The notes beneath the pieces are model-generated. The model was given only the letters and a program-made list of their open reading frames with translations. It ran no database searches and had not been told where the DNA came from. From Phoronis australis (Eukaryota > Animalia > Phoronida), in assembly GCA_002633005.1 (NCBI GenBank), contig NMRA01000377.1:320619-384618 (forward strand): a DNA stretch of 64,000 nucleotides, given 5' to 3'. The position numbers and the translations under genes were made by a program. Below, one piece after another: positions 39,101-54,100 of the stretch. Numbering within the stretch: the stretch's first letter is position 1; the number at the start of each line of letters is the position of its first letter.

Positions 39101-42100
39101 ATATGAAACTATAAAAGAAATCCTAGTGGAATCATGGGTTAAGGAAAATCAACAACTAACCAACTCCTCCACCCTAAGAATCAGCATTGTTGAAGTTCAA
39201 AATGGTTTTGGAGTAAACAGGTACTGTTTTGATTTCAATTCTATGCAACTCCAGTAGTGTTTGTAGAGTAAATGTGCTCGTACTGCTGTTTTGTATAACT
39301 TATGTCGCTCCAATAGTAAGGATGCAAAGTGAATGAAGCAAACATTACAAAAGATGACCTTTTAAGAGTTTAACGCTTTTAATAGCTCATAGATCAAGTG
39401 CTAATAAACATTTACTCTAAAAAGCTCAGCGGAATGTGTTCTGAAGACGTAAGAAATATGAGAAAATGCAAGATATTACCCTGCATTCCGATCAAATCAC
39501 GTAATCACTCTAGCCTTTATGGGGGTGTCTACGGAAAAATCGGGGGTCTGTTTCAGAAAAAGTGACTGAAGACTAATTCCGAATTTTATCTTCAACTCTT
39601 CACGTCTATTTCTGAATATAACTACCCATTGCAAGATGTTAAGTATCTGAGAATATTCATATGACTGCCAGATGCTGAGGTAATTTTGTAAACTATTTTC
39701 TGGCTGTGGTGCACTCATAATTAATTGACTAAACCTTCATTCAGCTATTGCTTTTCAGTGTCAAGGTAACGTACATCAGATACAATGTGGAGATTCTGAT
39801 TACTGGTATTTTGGTGACTGATATAAAGGAACCTACATCTTCAGCGATAGAGGAAATAGTCAAAACATCTAATGTTACCGTAACTATCTACACCAAAGAA
39901 GTTAAGCTCACGGAATATCACTTTGTTATTGTGCTGATTGGAGATGTCACAGAAACACGGATCCGTGAGGTCTGGGAACTACGCTACCCTCGTAAGTATC
40001 ACCAACTAGCAAACGTTCCGATTACTTGAATTTTTAACAATATATTCCAGGTAAACTGGTCGTAATACTCATACTTCGTGACCTACATTATAATTCATGC
40101 TTGTGGATTTTTTCAGGTTATATTCAGTGTAGCTGCCTTGAAATCAAGATTGTGAAAAAGACTGTTATCAGGTAAGACCCAATTTACCTAAAAACCAATC
40201 TATAGCTTACAAAAAGTATTGGATATGTGGGTATTTACATTGTTGAGCATTGTTGTTACATGTGCGTGCATGTTTGGTGACTGTTTCCTCTAAAAAATAA
40301 TCTCAAGACGATGTATAAGCCTGAGTTGAAACGAGTGCTAATGGATTTCAATGTAATCTAAAATATCTCGATGGCATTACAAAAATTCAGTCAAGTTTAT
40401 CCTTTTTCCAGACTGAACACCTATGAAGTTACATACTTTGTCCTTGAGAATAACACAGTCATCGATCCTCGTGTAATAACCCCACCGACAGCTGCAAACC
40501 AATCAACACCAAGCTCTCAGATCACAGTGACAACTCCAGAGCAAATTGGCAACTTGACAACTGCTAAGACAATGAAGTCATCAATGGGCGTCACTGCTAC
40601 TACCCAGTCCATGGAATTCTCCAAAACTACACAAAACACCAATGAAGTTGGAGTAACGACAGAAACAACGCCAAACGTTTTGAAAACTACAACTNCATCG
40701 ATCCTCGTGTAGTAACCCCACCGACAGCTGCGAACCAATCAACACCAAGCTCTCAGATCACAGTGACAACTTCAGAGCAAATTGGCAACTTGACAACTGC
40801 TAAGACAATGAAGTCATCAATTGGCGTCACTGCTACTACCCAGTCCATGAAAGTCTCCAAAAGTACACAAAACACCAATGAAGTTGGAGTAACGACAGAA
40901 ACAACGCCAAACGTTTTGAAAACTACAACTGTGCCAGCCGTGAACGTAATCACAAACAAAACTATTGTTGTTAATCACTGGATCAAACAAGATGAATATG
41001 AAACTATAAAAGAAATCCTAGTGGAATCATGGGTTAAGGAAAATCAACAACTAACCAACTCCTCTACCCTAAGAATCAGTATTCTTGAAGTTCAAAATGG
41101 TTTTGGAGTAAACAGGTACTGTTTTGATTTCAAATCTATGCAACTCCAGTAGTGTTTGTAGAGTAAATGTGTTTGTACTTCTGTTTTGTATAACTTATGT
41201 CGCTCCAATAGTAAGGATGCAAAGTGAATGAAGCAAACATTACAAAAGATGACCTTTTAAGAGTTTAACGCTTTTAATAGCTCAAAGATCAAGTGCTAAT
41301 AAACATTTACTCTAAAAAGCTAAGCGGAATGCGTTCTGAAGACGTAGGAAATGAGGGAAAATGAGAGATATTACCCTGCATTCCGATCAATTCACGTAAT
41401 CACTCTAGCCTTTATGGGGGTGTCTACGGAAAAATCGGGTGTCTGTTTCAGAAAAAGCGACTGAAGACTTTAATTCCGAATTTGATCTTCAACTCTTCAC
41501 GTCTATTTCTGAATATAACTACCCATTGCAAGATGTTAAGTATATGAGAATATTCATATGACTGCCAGATGCTGAGGTAATTTTGTAAACTATTTTCTGA
41601 CTGCGGTGCACTCATAATAATTGACTAAACCTTCATTCAGCTATTGCTTTTCAGTGTCGAGGTAACGTACATCAGATACAATGTGGAGATTCTGATAACT
41701 GGTATTTTGGTGACTGATATAAAGGAACCTACAGCGTCAACGATAGAGGAAATAGTCAAAACATCTAATGTTACCGTAACTATCTACACCAAAGAAGTTA
41801 AGCTCACGGAATATCACTTTGTTATTTTGCTGATTGGAGATGTCACAGAAACACGGATCCGTGAGGTTTGGGAACTACGCTACCCTCGTAAGTATCACCA
41901 ACTAGCAAACGTTCCGATTACTTGAATATTTAACAATATATTCCAGGTAAACTGATCGATATACTCATACTTCGTGACCTCAATTATAATTCATGCTTGT
42001 GGATTTTTTCAGGTTATATTCAGTGTAGCTGCCTTGAAATCAAGATTGTGAAAAAGACTCTTATCACGTAAGACCCAATTTACCTAAAAAACAATCTATA

Positions 42101-45100
42101 GCTTACAAAAAGTTTTGGATATGTGGGTATTTACATTGTTGAGCATTGTTGTGACATGTGCGTGGATGTTTGGTGACTGTTTCCTCTCAAAAATAACCTC
42201 AATACGATGTATAAGACTGAGTGGAAACGAGTGCTAATGGATTTCAATGTAATCTAAAATATCTCGATGGCATTACAAAAATGAAGTCAAGTTTATCCTT
42301 TTTCCAGACTGAACACCTATGAAGTGACATACTTTGTCCTTGAGAATAACACAGTCATCGATCCTCGTGTAGTAACCCCACCGACAGCTGCGAACCAATC
42401 AACACCAAGCTCTCAGATCACAGTGACAACTCCAGAGCAAATTGGCAACTTGACAACTGCTAAGACAATGAAGTCATCAATTGGCGTCACTGCTACTACC
42501 CAGTCCATGGAAGTCTCCAAAACTACACAAAACACCAATGAAGTTGGAGTAACGACAGAAACAACGCCAAACGTTTTGAAAACTACAACTGTGCCAGCCG
42601 TGAACGTAATCACAAACAAAACTATTGTTGTTAATCACTGGATCAAACAAGTTGAATATGAAACTATAAAAGAAATCCTAGTGGAATCATGGGTTAAGGA
42701 AAATCAACAACTAACCAACTCCTCTACCCTAAGAATCAGTATTCTTGAAGTTCAAAATGGTTTTGGAGTAAACAGGTACTGTTTTGATTACAATTCTATG
42801 TAACTCCAGTAGTGTTTGTAGAGTAAATGTGTTCGTACTTCTGTTTTGTATAACTTATGTCGCTCCAATAGTAAGGATGCAAATTGAATGAAGCAAACAT
42901 TACAAAAGATGACCTTTTAAGAGTTTAACGCTTTTAATAGCTCAGAGATCAAGTGCTAATAAACATTTACTCTAAAAAGCTAAGCGGAATGCGTTCTGAA
43001 GACGTAAGAAATGTGAGAAAATACAAGATATTACCCTGCATTCCGATCAATTCACGTAATCACTCCAGCCTTTATCGCGGTATCTACGGAAATATAGGGG
43101 GTCTGTTTCAGAAAATGTGACTGAAGACTTTAATTCCGAATTTTATCTTGATCTCTTCACGTCTATTTCTGAATATAACTACCCATTGCAAGATGTTAAG
43201 TATATGAGAATATTCATATGACTGTCAGTTGCTGAGGTAATTTTGTAAACTATTTTTTGATTTGTGGTGAACTCATAATTAATTGACTAAACCTTCATTC
43301 AGCTATTGCTTTTCAGTATCGAGGTAACGTACATCAGATACAATGTGGAGATTTTGATAACTGGTATTTTGGTGACTGATATAAAGGAACCTACAGCGTC
43401 AACGATAGAGGAAATAGTCAAAACATCTAATGTTTCCGTAACTATCTACACCAAAGAAGTTAAGCTCACGGAATATCACTTTGTTATTTTGCTGATTGGA
43501 GATGTCACAGAAAAACGGATCCGTGAGGTCTGGGAGCTACGCTACCCTCGTAAGTATCACCAACTAGCAAACGTTCCGATTACTTGAATATTTAACAATA
43601 TATTCCAGGTAAACTGGTCGTAATACTCATACTTCGTGACCTACATTATTATTTTTGCTTGGGGATTTTTTCAGGTTATATTCAGTGTAGCTGCCTTGAA
43701 ATCAAGATTGTGAAAAAGATTCTTATCAGGTAAGACCCAATTTACCTAAAAACCAATCTACAGCTTACAAAAAGTTTTTGATATGTGGGTATTTACATTG
43801 TTGAGCATTGTTGTTACATGCGCGTGGATGTTTGGTGACTGTTTCCTCTAAAAAATAATCTCAAGACGATGTATAAGCCTGAGTTGAAACGAGTGCTAAT
43901 GGATTTCAATGTAATCTAAAATATCTCGATGGCATTACAAAAATAAATGAAGTCAAGTTTATCTTTTTCCAGACTGAACACCTATGAAGTGACATACTTT
44001 GTCCTTGAGAATAACACAGTCATCGATCCTCGTGTAGTAACCCCACCTACAGCTGCAAACCAATCAACACCAAGCTCTCAGATCACAGTGACAACTCCAG
44101 AGCAAATTGGCAACTTGACAACTGNTTGTTTCGATCCAGGATATAAATCATTGAAAACATCGTATTTTGAATTGCTTTTCAGTGTCGAGGTTACTTATAT
44201 CCGATACAATGTGGAGATTCTGGTAACTGGTGTTTTGGTGACTGATGTAAAAGAACCTACCTTGGCGACGATAGAGCAAATACTCATTACATCTAACGTG
44301 ACCATAAAAATCTACACCAAAGAAGTTAAGCTCATGGAATATCACTTTGTTATTGTGCTGATTGGAGATGTCACAGAAACACGGATCCGTGAGGTCTGGG
44401 AAATACGCTACCCTCGTAAGTATCACCAACTACAGATGTATCAAACGTCCTGATAACTTACATTTTTATAACCCATATGTTCCAGACTGTGATTAACACT
44501 GACGATTCGTGTTCTGTCATTATACTATATGTTTATATAATTCTTTCCAGGATTTGTTGAATGTGGCTGCCTTCAAATCAAGATTGTCAAAAAGACGACT
44601 ATCAAGTAAGACTTACCTTGAGTAAAACAGAACCTAGAGCCTACAAATATTAGGGTTATGTGCGCATTTATATTGTTGAGCATTGTTGTTACATGTTTGT
44701 ACGTCTTTGGTGGATGCTTCCTCTCAGCTGTGTAACAAACTTAATTGAAGAAAAATAGTCTCAATGTGACGTAAGAACCTGGTTTGAACCGAGTCCTGAT
44801 GGAATAGAGTGAAATCTACAATATTTTTGTGACATCACAAAATGAGGTCAATTCTATTCTTTTCCAGACTGAACACCTATGAAGTGATATACTTTGTCCT
44901 AGAGAATAACACAGTCATCGATCCTCGTGTAGTAACTCCACCGGCAGCTTCGAACCAATCAACGCCAAGCTCTCAGATCACAGTGACAACTCCAGAGCAA
45001 ATTGGCAACTTGACAACTGCCCAGACAGTGAAATCGTCACTAGGCGCCACTTCTACTACCCAGTCCATGGAAGTCTCCACAACTGCACCGGCAGCTGCGA

Positions 45101-48100
45101 ACCAATCAACACCAAGCTCTCAGATTACAGTGACAACTCCAGAGCACATTGGGAACTTGACAACTGCCAAGACAATGAAATCATCACTAGGTGCTACTGC
45201 TAGCACCTCAACTTACATCGGTGACCGCACGACCATGAGCCTGAAGTCAACGATTACTCCACCCACACACGTTACCGCTGACGTCAACAGCACATCAACA
45301 ACAAGGTCAACATTGACCAACGTGCTAAGGAGCATTACCGTTACAGTAACCAACTGGATAGAAGATATCAATATAGAAATTGTGAAGACGGTGTTAGTGG
45401 ACGCTTGGATCACAGTCAACCCTGTCTTACGACAAGAACTGAGGATTCACATCGTAACAACTGAAAACAGATTAACACTATTTGGGTAAGTGGTAATGGT
45501 TTTTCTACTGGTTGTATACCTGTATTGGTTTTACATTCGTCCCAGAGAAACACAACCCTAGTGGTTGATGTAGACCTATGTCTTAAGCAGAGATTGATTG
45601 TGTTTTTATGCAATTTGTTTTGTATTTTTGCAGAAAAAAAGCTACGTTAATCACGTATGACCTAGAAGTATTGAGATTGCAGTTCAATCTACACAACCTC
45701 ACAACTCCGTCATCAACACTGATGGAGCAGACGTTCACAACTTACAACATGACCCTTTTCACGGGAACAGTCTTACGTACCGAATACCAGTACACTGTTA
45801 CATTAGTCGGAGCAGTCACAAAAACTCAAGGAATCGAAATCATTCGGCATAACTGGCAGGTTACGTATCCAGGTAATTCCATTTCAAATGTCCCTTATTA
45901 GTTTGCACTTCGCAACAAACCGTTGTGCGAAGTGAATTGATTGAAAATATGCAAGTTCAATTACTCATTGAAGAGCCAGTGTGTTCTGGGGGGATGAGTG
46001 TTTACTTCCTTTACTCAAGGCCGTGGTCTCGAGTCCCACTGGAGCACACTGATAGACCCTTGAGTGAAGTCTCTAGGTCCCCAGCTTGGGTTTAATTGCA
46101 AATTAATACAGCAAAGAAATGGTTTCAGGTGTTCATAGCAATGGACTCACTTGAGCAGCCTACGCACTTCTGACACAAGGCGCATCACACCGCCTGCAAT
46201 TAATTATTTTTACTCGTTGAATGATGATATAGCAAGAGAGCCATCGGCACTGAAATCGGCCTCGGTTGCAGTCTCATCCCGAACGCTTAATTCCGCTAAA
46301 TGAACCACAGAGGGCACTATGTGTCACACTGAGTCAGTGTACCGGAGTTGCTTAATTTGCTCGTTTATTATGTCACTTTGACGTTCTGGACCCATACAAA
46401 TAAAATTAAAATGCCAAAATTAAAAGCAATAATAACATAATTGGGCCAGATTTGCATAGCACTGTAAATTACTAAGCACTTTGAAAATTATTGCTTTGCC
46501 ATGGACCTGGCCAATCACCCTTCTGTACTTTCCGGAAGCATACAACAGGTGCAACCGTTGTCGGAACACACTGATTAATCAAAACCCACAATTTTGCAAA
46601 ATTTTAGGTGCTACATTGCCCCCGTGGATTTTTTCCGCTTTAGGAGTTGGAAAGAATCCAAGACCCCAAAAATTTTCAAAATCTGACGAGACTGAGCATA
46701 TGTGGCCTCATCTATTCATGGGTTCAAATCACGTCATGTTAGTGGCATGTACGCCATCACTAAACATACGAATACTTATCACTTCATATGTACTCATGAT
46801 ATTCACTTTGTTGCAGAATACAAAAATTGTGACTGCTTCAGAGTCGAGCTATATTCAATAACAGTCCAGTAAGTATATACAGCTGATTGTAGAACAAGGC
46901 AGTGTAGTACATGGAGCCGATTTCAAGTTGAATCTAAATTGGATTTTTAAGCTTTGTAAGGCAGTTTTGTTTATCCAAACATCCACCACTTACACAGTTA
47001 ACACACAGATGCAATTTATTGGAATACCATACTGCGAAGTTTGTGTTCTTACAGCTGAAATGAGGACATCGAATGCGTTGTTCCTCAAAATTATTTTTAT
47101 ATTTTTCAGATTTTTCATCTCATAACATGAGACTTCCTGTTTACCGATTTACTGATGCTCTTTTATGTTTTTATCTTCGTATCTTCATTTTTCCAGGGTA
47201 AAAGACACAGTTGTCATCTATTTTGTGATAGCAAACGGAACGCAACTCAGCCCGTACAACGTCACTCAGCCAACAAACTTCACAGGGATAAATGTGACAA
47301 CAACGTCTCAGCCGACATTAGTCAGTAATATCACAACGCAAGTACCCCCGGCGACTTCTTTGACAGCAACAAGTCCCTTGTCTACGGTATCAGGAATACT
47401 AACAACCGCAACAACAAGTACAGAAGCCCACACAAAAATGGTCATCACAACATCTTCAAGTTTGTTGAATGTGAGTACTGAAACTAATAATTTAACAAGG
47501 ACAACGCCTGGAGATATTTCCTCGACAGTGCGGGAATCGTTCACGGCAGCAAGTCAGACGACAGGGCCAACTCCACTATCGGCGTCAAGCACATCGCAGG
47601 TAATAAATGTTACCTCTCAAGGAACAACGAGAATCACCACTACACTAGCAAGTACCACGTCGAAAGTATTGAGTACTGCAGCGCCACCTATCGACAGAAT
47701 CTTCAATCAAACTGTGATGATAGTTGACTGGGTGGAGTATCATAGTTTGGAATTAATTGAGAAGGCCATTCGGCTGGCTTGGATTCAGACAAACGCACTG
47801 AACGTGTCGGAGAATGTTACCGTGCAGGTCAAACTTGTTGAGAACGCCATTGGAAACAAAGGGTTAGTATAAGCCATGCACATGCCTCCCCTATCTGTAA
47901 TGTCGTTTTGCTCCTGCAGCTAATTTCAACATCTTCAGGACGTAAAAGTGCACGCACATGTATAACTATAGTTTGCAATGAAAATCATTATGACCACTTG
48001 TATTTCTTCCACGTTTGTAAAGCATGACCCTACATTCGGCTACTCTCTGAGTATTCCGACGCCCTATTGGTTGGCCCAGGAATACTTGGTTCGTACATGC

Positions 48101-51100
48101 AATTCGACGTGAGTGGGTCAGATATTGCCCGTTTTACGCCACTGGCTCTTTCAGATTTTGCCTAATTTATCAACTCATTGACCCGTAGCCGGTTTTACAT
48201 TTAGTGCCTTTATCACATGGTTTATGTTTGTGATATTTTAGCGTTTCCTTAATTTTTGAAAATTTTCAAATTGACAGCAATTCATTAACGCTATGGTTAC
48301 ATAGCATTTTGTTCCCAATTAACAGTCGATTATTATTCTTTTGCTTTTTCAGATTGGAAGTTGTAATTATCAAGTACAACGTACATTTGGGCCTAAATCT
48401 TCACTCACTCAACATCTCCATCCCATCTCTTACCGACCTCCAGACGTCGCTTACATCAACGTCATCAACACTTAAGCTTTATATCGGTGACGAACCAGTA
48501 TTGGACCGACAGCTTTTTGAACTTAATATTTTGGGGCTCGTGAACCTGGAAAGCGTGAAACATCAATTGGAAATTGAAATAGCTAATTCGTGGAAAACAG
48601 TGTATGAAGGTACGTTGATTAAAAAAGGCATTCATTCTTATGCACTATACGGCAAGAGTTAAGGTTGAAAATCATCATAGATCTAAGTTGGTATATTTTT
48701 CCCAATTGACTCTTTTAAACATGTAAGTGTACTGTCATATAGTGCCACCAGTTTTCAAAAACGTTACATTAATAGTTCGCTTCCATTCAGATTTGAAGAC
48801 GTGTAGCTGCATCGAAGTCGTTGTGACGAAGGTTGATACACTATACGATGTTATGAGGTAGGTGCTCGGATTGATAGAGCTGTGAAGAAGCTTTGTACAT
48901 TTNTTTATCACATGGTTTATGTTTGTGATATTTTAGCGTTTCCTTAATTTTTGAAAATTTTCAAATTGACAGCAATTCATTAACGCTATGGTTACATAGC
49001 ATTTTGTTCCCAATTAACAGTCGATTATTATTCTTTTGCTTTTTCAGATTGGAAGTTGTAATTATCAAGTACAACGTACATTTGGGCCTAAATCTTCACT
49101 CACTCAACATCTCCATCCCATCTCTTACCGACCTCCAGACGTCGCTTACATCAACGTCATCAACACTTAAGCTTTATATCGGTGACGAACCAGTATTGGA
49201 CCGACAGCTTTTTGAACTTAATATTTTGGGGCTCGTGAACCTGGAAAGCGTGAAACATCAATTGGAAATTGAAATAGCTAATTCGTGGAAAACAGTGTAT
49301 GAAGGTACGTTGATTAAAAAAGGCATTCATTCTTATGCACTATACGGCAAGAGTTAAGGTTGAAAATCATCATAGATCTAAGTTGGTATATTTTTCCCAA
49401 TTGACTCTTTTAAACATGTAAGTGTACTGTCATATAGTGCCACCAGTTTTCAAAAACGTTACATTAATAGTTCGCTTCCATTCAGATTTGAAGACGTGTA
49501 GCTGCATCGAAGTCGTTGTGACGAAGGTTGATACACTATACGATGTTATGAGGTAGGTGCTCGGATTGAGAGAGCTGTGAAGAAGCTTTGTACATTTGTT
49601 GTGGTTATCTCGCGTTGCAAGTAAGCTTGTACACTTCCTTATCCGCACTTTACTTTAATAGGGGAAACTATACTGAAAGCAGAGTCACTTAAATCCGGGA
49701 GTCACATTTTAAAGGCTATGGCTAACTTTATTAAACACGACGTAAGGAAATTGCGTGGTTTCTCGCCACCTGACCTCACATCTATATTGGGATCTGACAA
49801 AAGTCTTAAAGAATGCCCCTCTAAGGTATGACTGTCATCCGATTTCAGAAAAGACATATCGCAGGTATCATATCTGGTTCGCATTAATCGCACGGTCGTT
49901 GAGCCTGAACAAAGATTGGCACCACCAGTTAATAAGACCAAACTGACAGGATACGAGGTCATCAGCGTTATACCCAGTCAGATACGAAACTACAAGGACT
50001 CCTACAGCCTCTTCCTGACTGGCTTGGTCAGTGGACAGATTGTCGACTCTGTGGTGTCTTCACTGAATTCAACATGGGAAACAGTTCGTAAGGGTAAGCC
50101 ATTATTAAAGATTTTCAAGAATAAAGCGATAGTATGCGTTACCTGTCTTGTTATTGGTGGCTTTCAAATTTTCTTGACGACAGTCGTCGGAAATGTCGTG
50201 TTCATAAATGACATCAATAGGGCGACTCCGAAGATCTGAGCACAAAAAATTACCAATCGTACTCGATACCTTTCGTTTTCGGTTTTGGTGAATTTAAACT
50301 CAAGTCTGTACAAGTCGCATTTAAGAGCCGGTTTGTGTTGAACATGCGTTGTTCTCTCCAAAAGAATTTCAATTGAAAATTGTCAGATTAGCTATGTAAA
50401 GCACTTTGATATTTGCACTGCCGTCTGTTTATGCTCATCTTGCAAAGAAACAGCAACGTGTATACATGGCTTCCTGCAATACTGCCCAGTAACGTCTTAT
50501 GAAGTGCATCTGCGTAATATATTCTTCCACATATCACGCTGAGGGTACATCTTTTTCTTACGCTCTAAGTGTAACTCACTGGTTCGAGAGCTGTGTTCGT
50601 GACAATCACAGCTTACTCGAGAATCCACTAGAAAACTATTTGATCACATTTCGTAAACACACTTAAAACCAGGCAAAGGATTTTAAACCGAGTCTGGAGT
50701 GACGTTCGGTTATCCGAAGTCCCTGGAATATTGTCGCTTTCATGTCGAATAACTGAAGATTTTTTTTTTTCAGATTACGAGAGCTGCAAATGCTTTAACT
50801 TGGAAGTTGCCCAAGTTGGCAAGTTTGTTAATTCCAAAGGGTAAGTGCGGTTCGTACACTGAACAATGTATTAAAAAGAGCAGATACTACAAGTCGTTAT
50901 TGTCAAATGCGTACTAGATACAAGAATGTCTGCTAGGCACGGAGATTTTTAAATTTTACAACACTTGCAAAGGAATGATCATGTTTTAACCAAAACATGA
51001 GCACGAACTTTAAAATTAGAACGTAAGTAAACAAAGACATATTGATCTGACGTTTTGGCTAATTCGCTATAAACCATTTTCAAGCAAAGATTCACACTAT

Positions 51101-54100
51101 TGACTAATGTGAGCTTTTGTCTTGAGAATGATTTGTAGTGAATAAAGTTTGTAAGGGAATGGACGGAGAAAAGTGCTAGAGTAACAGAGGAGAGCTCTGC
51201 TCATTGACGGGAAAATGGCAATGCTAATACATGTTTCACCAATGGTTAAAGGCACTGGAAGTTCAAAAGGCGAGATTGGGCATAACGGTTTTGAGTTAGC
51301 CTTTAGGAATGGCACGATTTTGTGTTTTTGTTTTTTCAGGAAAGATGTGTCGCGAATCCGATACTTTGTGGTAGTAAACCAAACTGTTGTGTCGTCAAAG
51401 CGAGAGGTTCCTGGTGCGTCCTTCCAGCAACTAATCGAGGAGAAAATAACCGATCTTCAACTACGTGACGTTTATGGAGAAAAGTTGTCAGTATTGGGCA
51501 AGACTGAAATCTCTCAACTTCAAAGCATCAGCGATCTTAAGCAAGTCTTTGTTAAAGGACGCGTGGCGGATCGAAACATCAAGGCACTTAAAGCCGCCAT
51601 ATTGAACGCTTGGAACAAAGTATTTGGTAGGTCAGGTCTTTTGACACACACTTTAAGTAACAATGATGAAGTATTAATCTTGCTTTACCTGAAATTATTT
51701 TGAAACTTAAATTTTTAGTGAAATCTACAAAGTCGTAGGCATAGCGGATATTATGGGACAGTCCAGTTTTGGTGATCTCCAAATAACATCAAAACTATTG
51801 ACTGGTTGATTAATTCGAAGAAGACTACTGTTCAATCATCTTTTTTAGTAATTGCACCACGTTGTTTTTTCCAGGTCTTGTTGATGTTAACGTAATGAAG
51901 ACAAAGACATTTGTAGATAATCGTCGGTGAGTAGAGTCAACGTTTTCTGGGCCATTTATTTCAGCATTGAAACTGCTTTTAAAATGAGGGATGTTTCTAA
52001 TTGCACGTTTTGAGATTTTACTTCTTTAGCTTGTCATGTCTTTTTAGCGGTGTCATCACCTCTTTGGAGTATTCAGTGAAAAATGCTACCACCAACGCAT
52101 CGATCGTAGAGAACGAGAACACAACAACAGACGTGCAGCGGCAACTGGAAATCGCAATCTCCTCCGTGAATCATACCAGGGGAGATAAGTACCAAGTGAC
52201 GACTCTGGATCCTTCAACGTTAGGGTCACTTCAACCGTACAACCTACACTACTCACTCTTTATTGTGGGCAAGATCTCTCGTAGCGACCTCTCTTATTAC
52301 AAAGAATCTTTGAGATCCGCTTGGTTACTGGAATATCCAGGTAACTTTTAAAGCGCCTACTGTTACTTTTTGATGTTGTTATGTTCTAAACTGATTAGAT
52401 TAATCATGCAGTGATCTTTCTGAGGTTCTGTTAAGTCCGCAGAAAATTAACGCCGGATCTCATGATTCACAAAAAAAAACAAATATTTTAAATAGATTTC
52501 CCAGTAGCGCCTTTACCATACTGTGTAAACCAACTTTGTGCGACTGTGAGCCAATGAAATTCCAGGATCGCGCATAACTGGATGTTATAACATTACGTAC
52601 TGCATTGAGTTCGAACTCTTATCACGGAAAATTTAATAGCGATTGAAGAAAACAAACAAATGGAAAAAATAGTAAGAGCGATTAAAAAGTCAGACACCAA
52701 TACTTAACTAACATCATCACCATCACCATCACCATCACCATCACCATCATCATCACCATCACCATCATCATCATCATCGGGCATCTATTGCAGTCTTCCA
52801 GTCGTTTTGTTGAAAGGTTAAATCAATGCTAACAACCAATGTTGTACTTCTTTAGATTTGACAAACTGTGGCTGCAACTTCACAATGGAATTTGGTCCAC
52901 TGGAACAGTACGTTGGCGAGTTCAACTCTGAAGTTACTAAGATCACTTACTGGGTGAAACGAGACAACGTCTTTGAATCCACGTTTACTCTCGCTGAACC
53001 GGCGCCCAATGAGTTGGAGAACGTCGTGAAGTCGTTTGGCGGCGCGTATGGTGTATACACCGGTACAGCTCCATCACCTATGACCGTGCAGTACTCGGTG
53101 GATGTCCTCGGAACCCTGCAATATTCAAACATTGTCACCATCATACAGGGCCTGAATCAGTCTTGGTCAAATTATTGTAAGTCAACAGGAATTCTTCCTT
53201 CGCTGATTCATAGGCGTTTCAATGAACTGGGAAGTGACAAAGTAAATTAGATTGCTGGAGGCTGTTCCAGTGCATAAAAGTAATGTAGTCGACGACTGAT
53301 TGTCAAAACACTAGCAAGTACTCTGCGGAGGTTTCAAAGGAAATAGCATATACGTACTGGAGTCTATGTCTTACATTCGAAGAAAATCTTACCCCAGCTA
53401 TTGGTTGTCGTATTTCCTTGAGTTGTAAATATCACGTTCTTTTTTCAGTGAAGACTGAATGCAACGACTGTGCAGTACAAGTAAAAATTGGAAACAGCCG
53501 CAGCCTTCTTACATTGTCAAGGTAAAGACAACCTTTTACCTTGGATAGTCCTCTGCTAATGGCTAAATGTATCCTAAGCAGTTGCCCCACAGCAGGCTAT
53601 CACTGGTCTTAGGAATTGTCTTTCATGTTTTGTTGCTATGATGCGTGCTGATAGTTCTACTGTACACTGTGTTGCTATGATGCGTGCTGATAGTTTTACT
53701 GTACACTGTGTTGCTATGATGCGTGCTGATAGTTCTACTGTACACTGTGTTGCTATGATGCGTGCTGATAGTTCTACTGTACACTGTGTTGCTATGATGC
53801 GTGCTGATAGTTCTACTGTACACTTTGTGGGTCAAGATTGCCTTGGTTGCTTATCCTGATGATGACTTATGAGACATCAAAACGTGTTGAAGTGGAAACA
53901 TCTCGTTGTTTTATTAATAGTCACATACTTGTCTTCGGTGAGACCAGTTAACAATACCGGTTTCTAACAAACTCGGAGAAGAACAAATGACGAAAGTATT
54001 CCCACATGCGTTTTACTTGCCGATGTAGGCAGTGCTGGCTAAACATACTCCGTTCTGAAGTTACAAAAACTGTTCCGCATTTATTCACATTTTGGACATC

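Noticed and set aside
40412-41115. Frameshifted or internally duplicated mucin exon suggesting pseudogenisation
   Set aside because: The break coincides with the N at 40695 and sequence restarts earlier in the same repeat unit, so it is a gap artefact.
43947-44453. ORF fusing an A exon to a B exon
   Set aside because: The fusion spans the N at 44125; intervening sequence is missing.
48904-49597. Duplicated B+C exons as a genuine extra or mutually exclusive exon pair
   Set aside because: Virtually identical to 48209-48902 and abuts a single-N gap; best explained as contig overlap.
52712-52778. Poly-His coding tract
   Set aside because: It is intronic, ~80 nt upstream of the acceptor at 52855, and the flanking exons join in phase without it.
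53631-53825. 39-bp direct repeats as a CRISPR array or a repetitive coding ORF
   Set aside because: Copies are head-to-tail with no unique spacers, there are no cas genes, and the repeat sits in a eukaryotic intron; the ORFs are by-products of a unit length divisible by 3.
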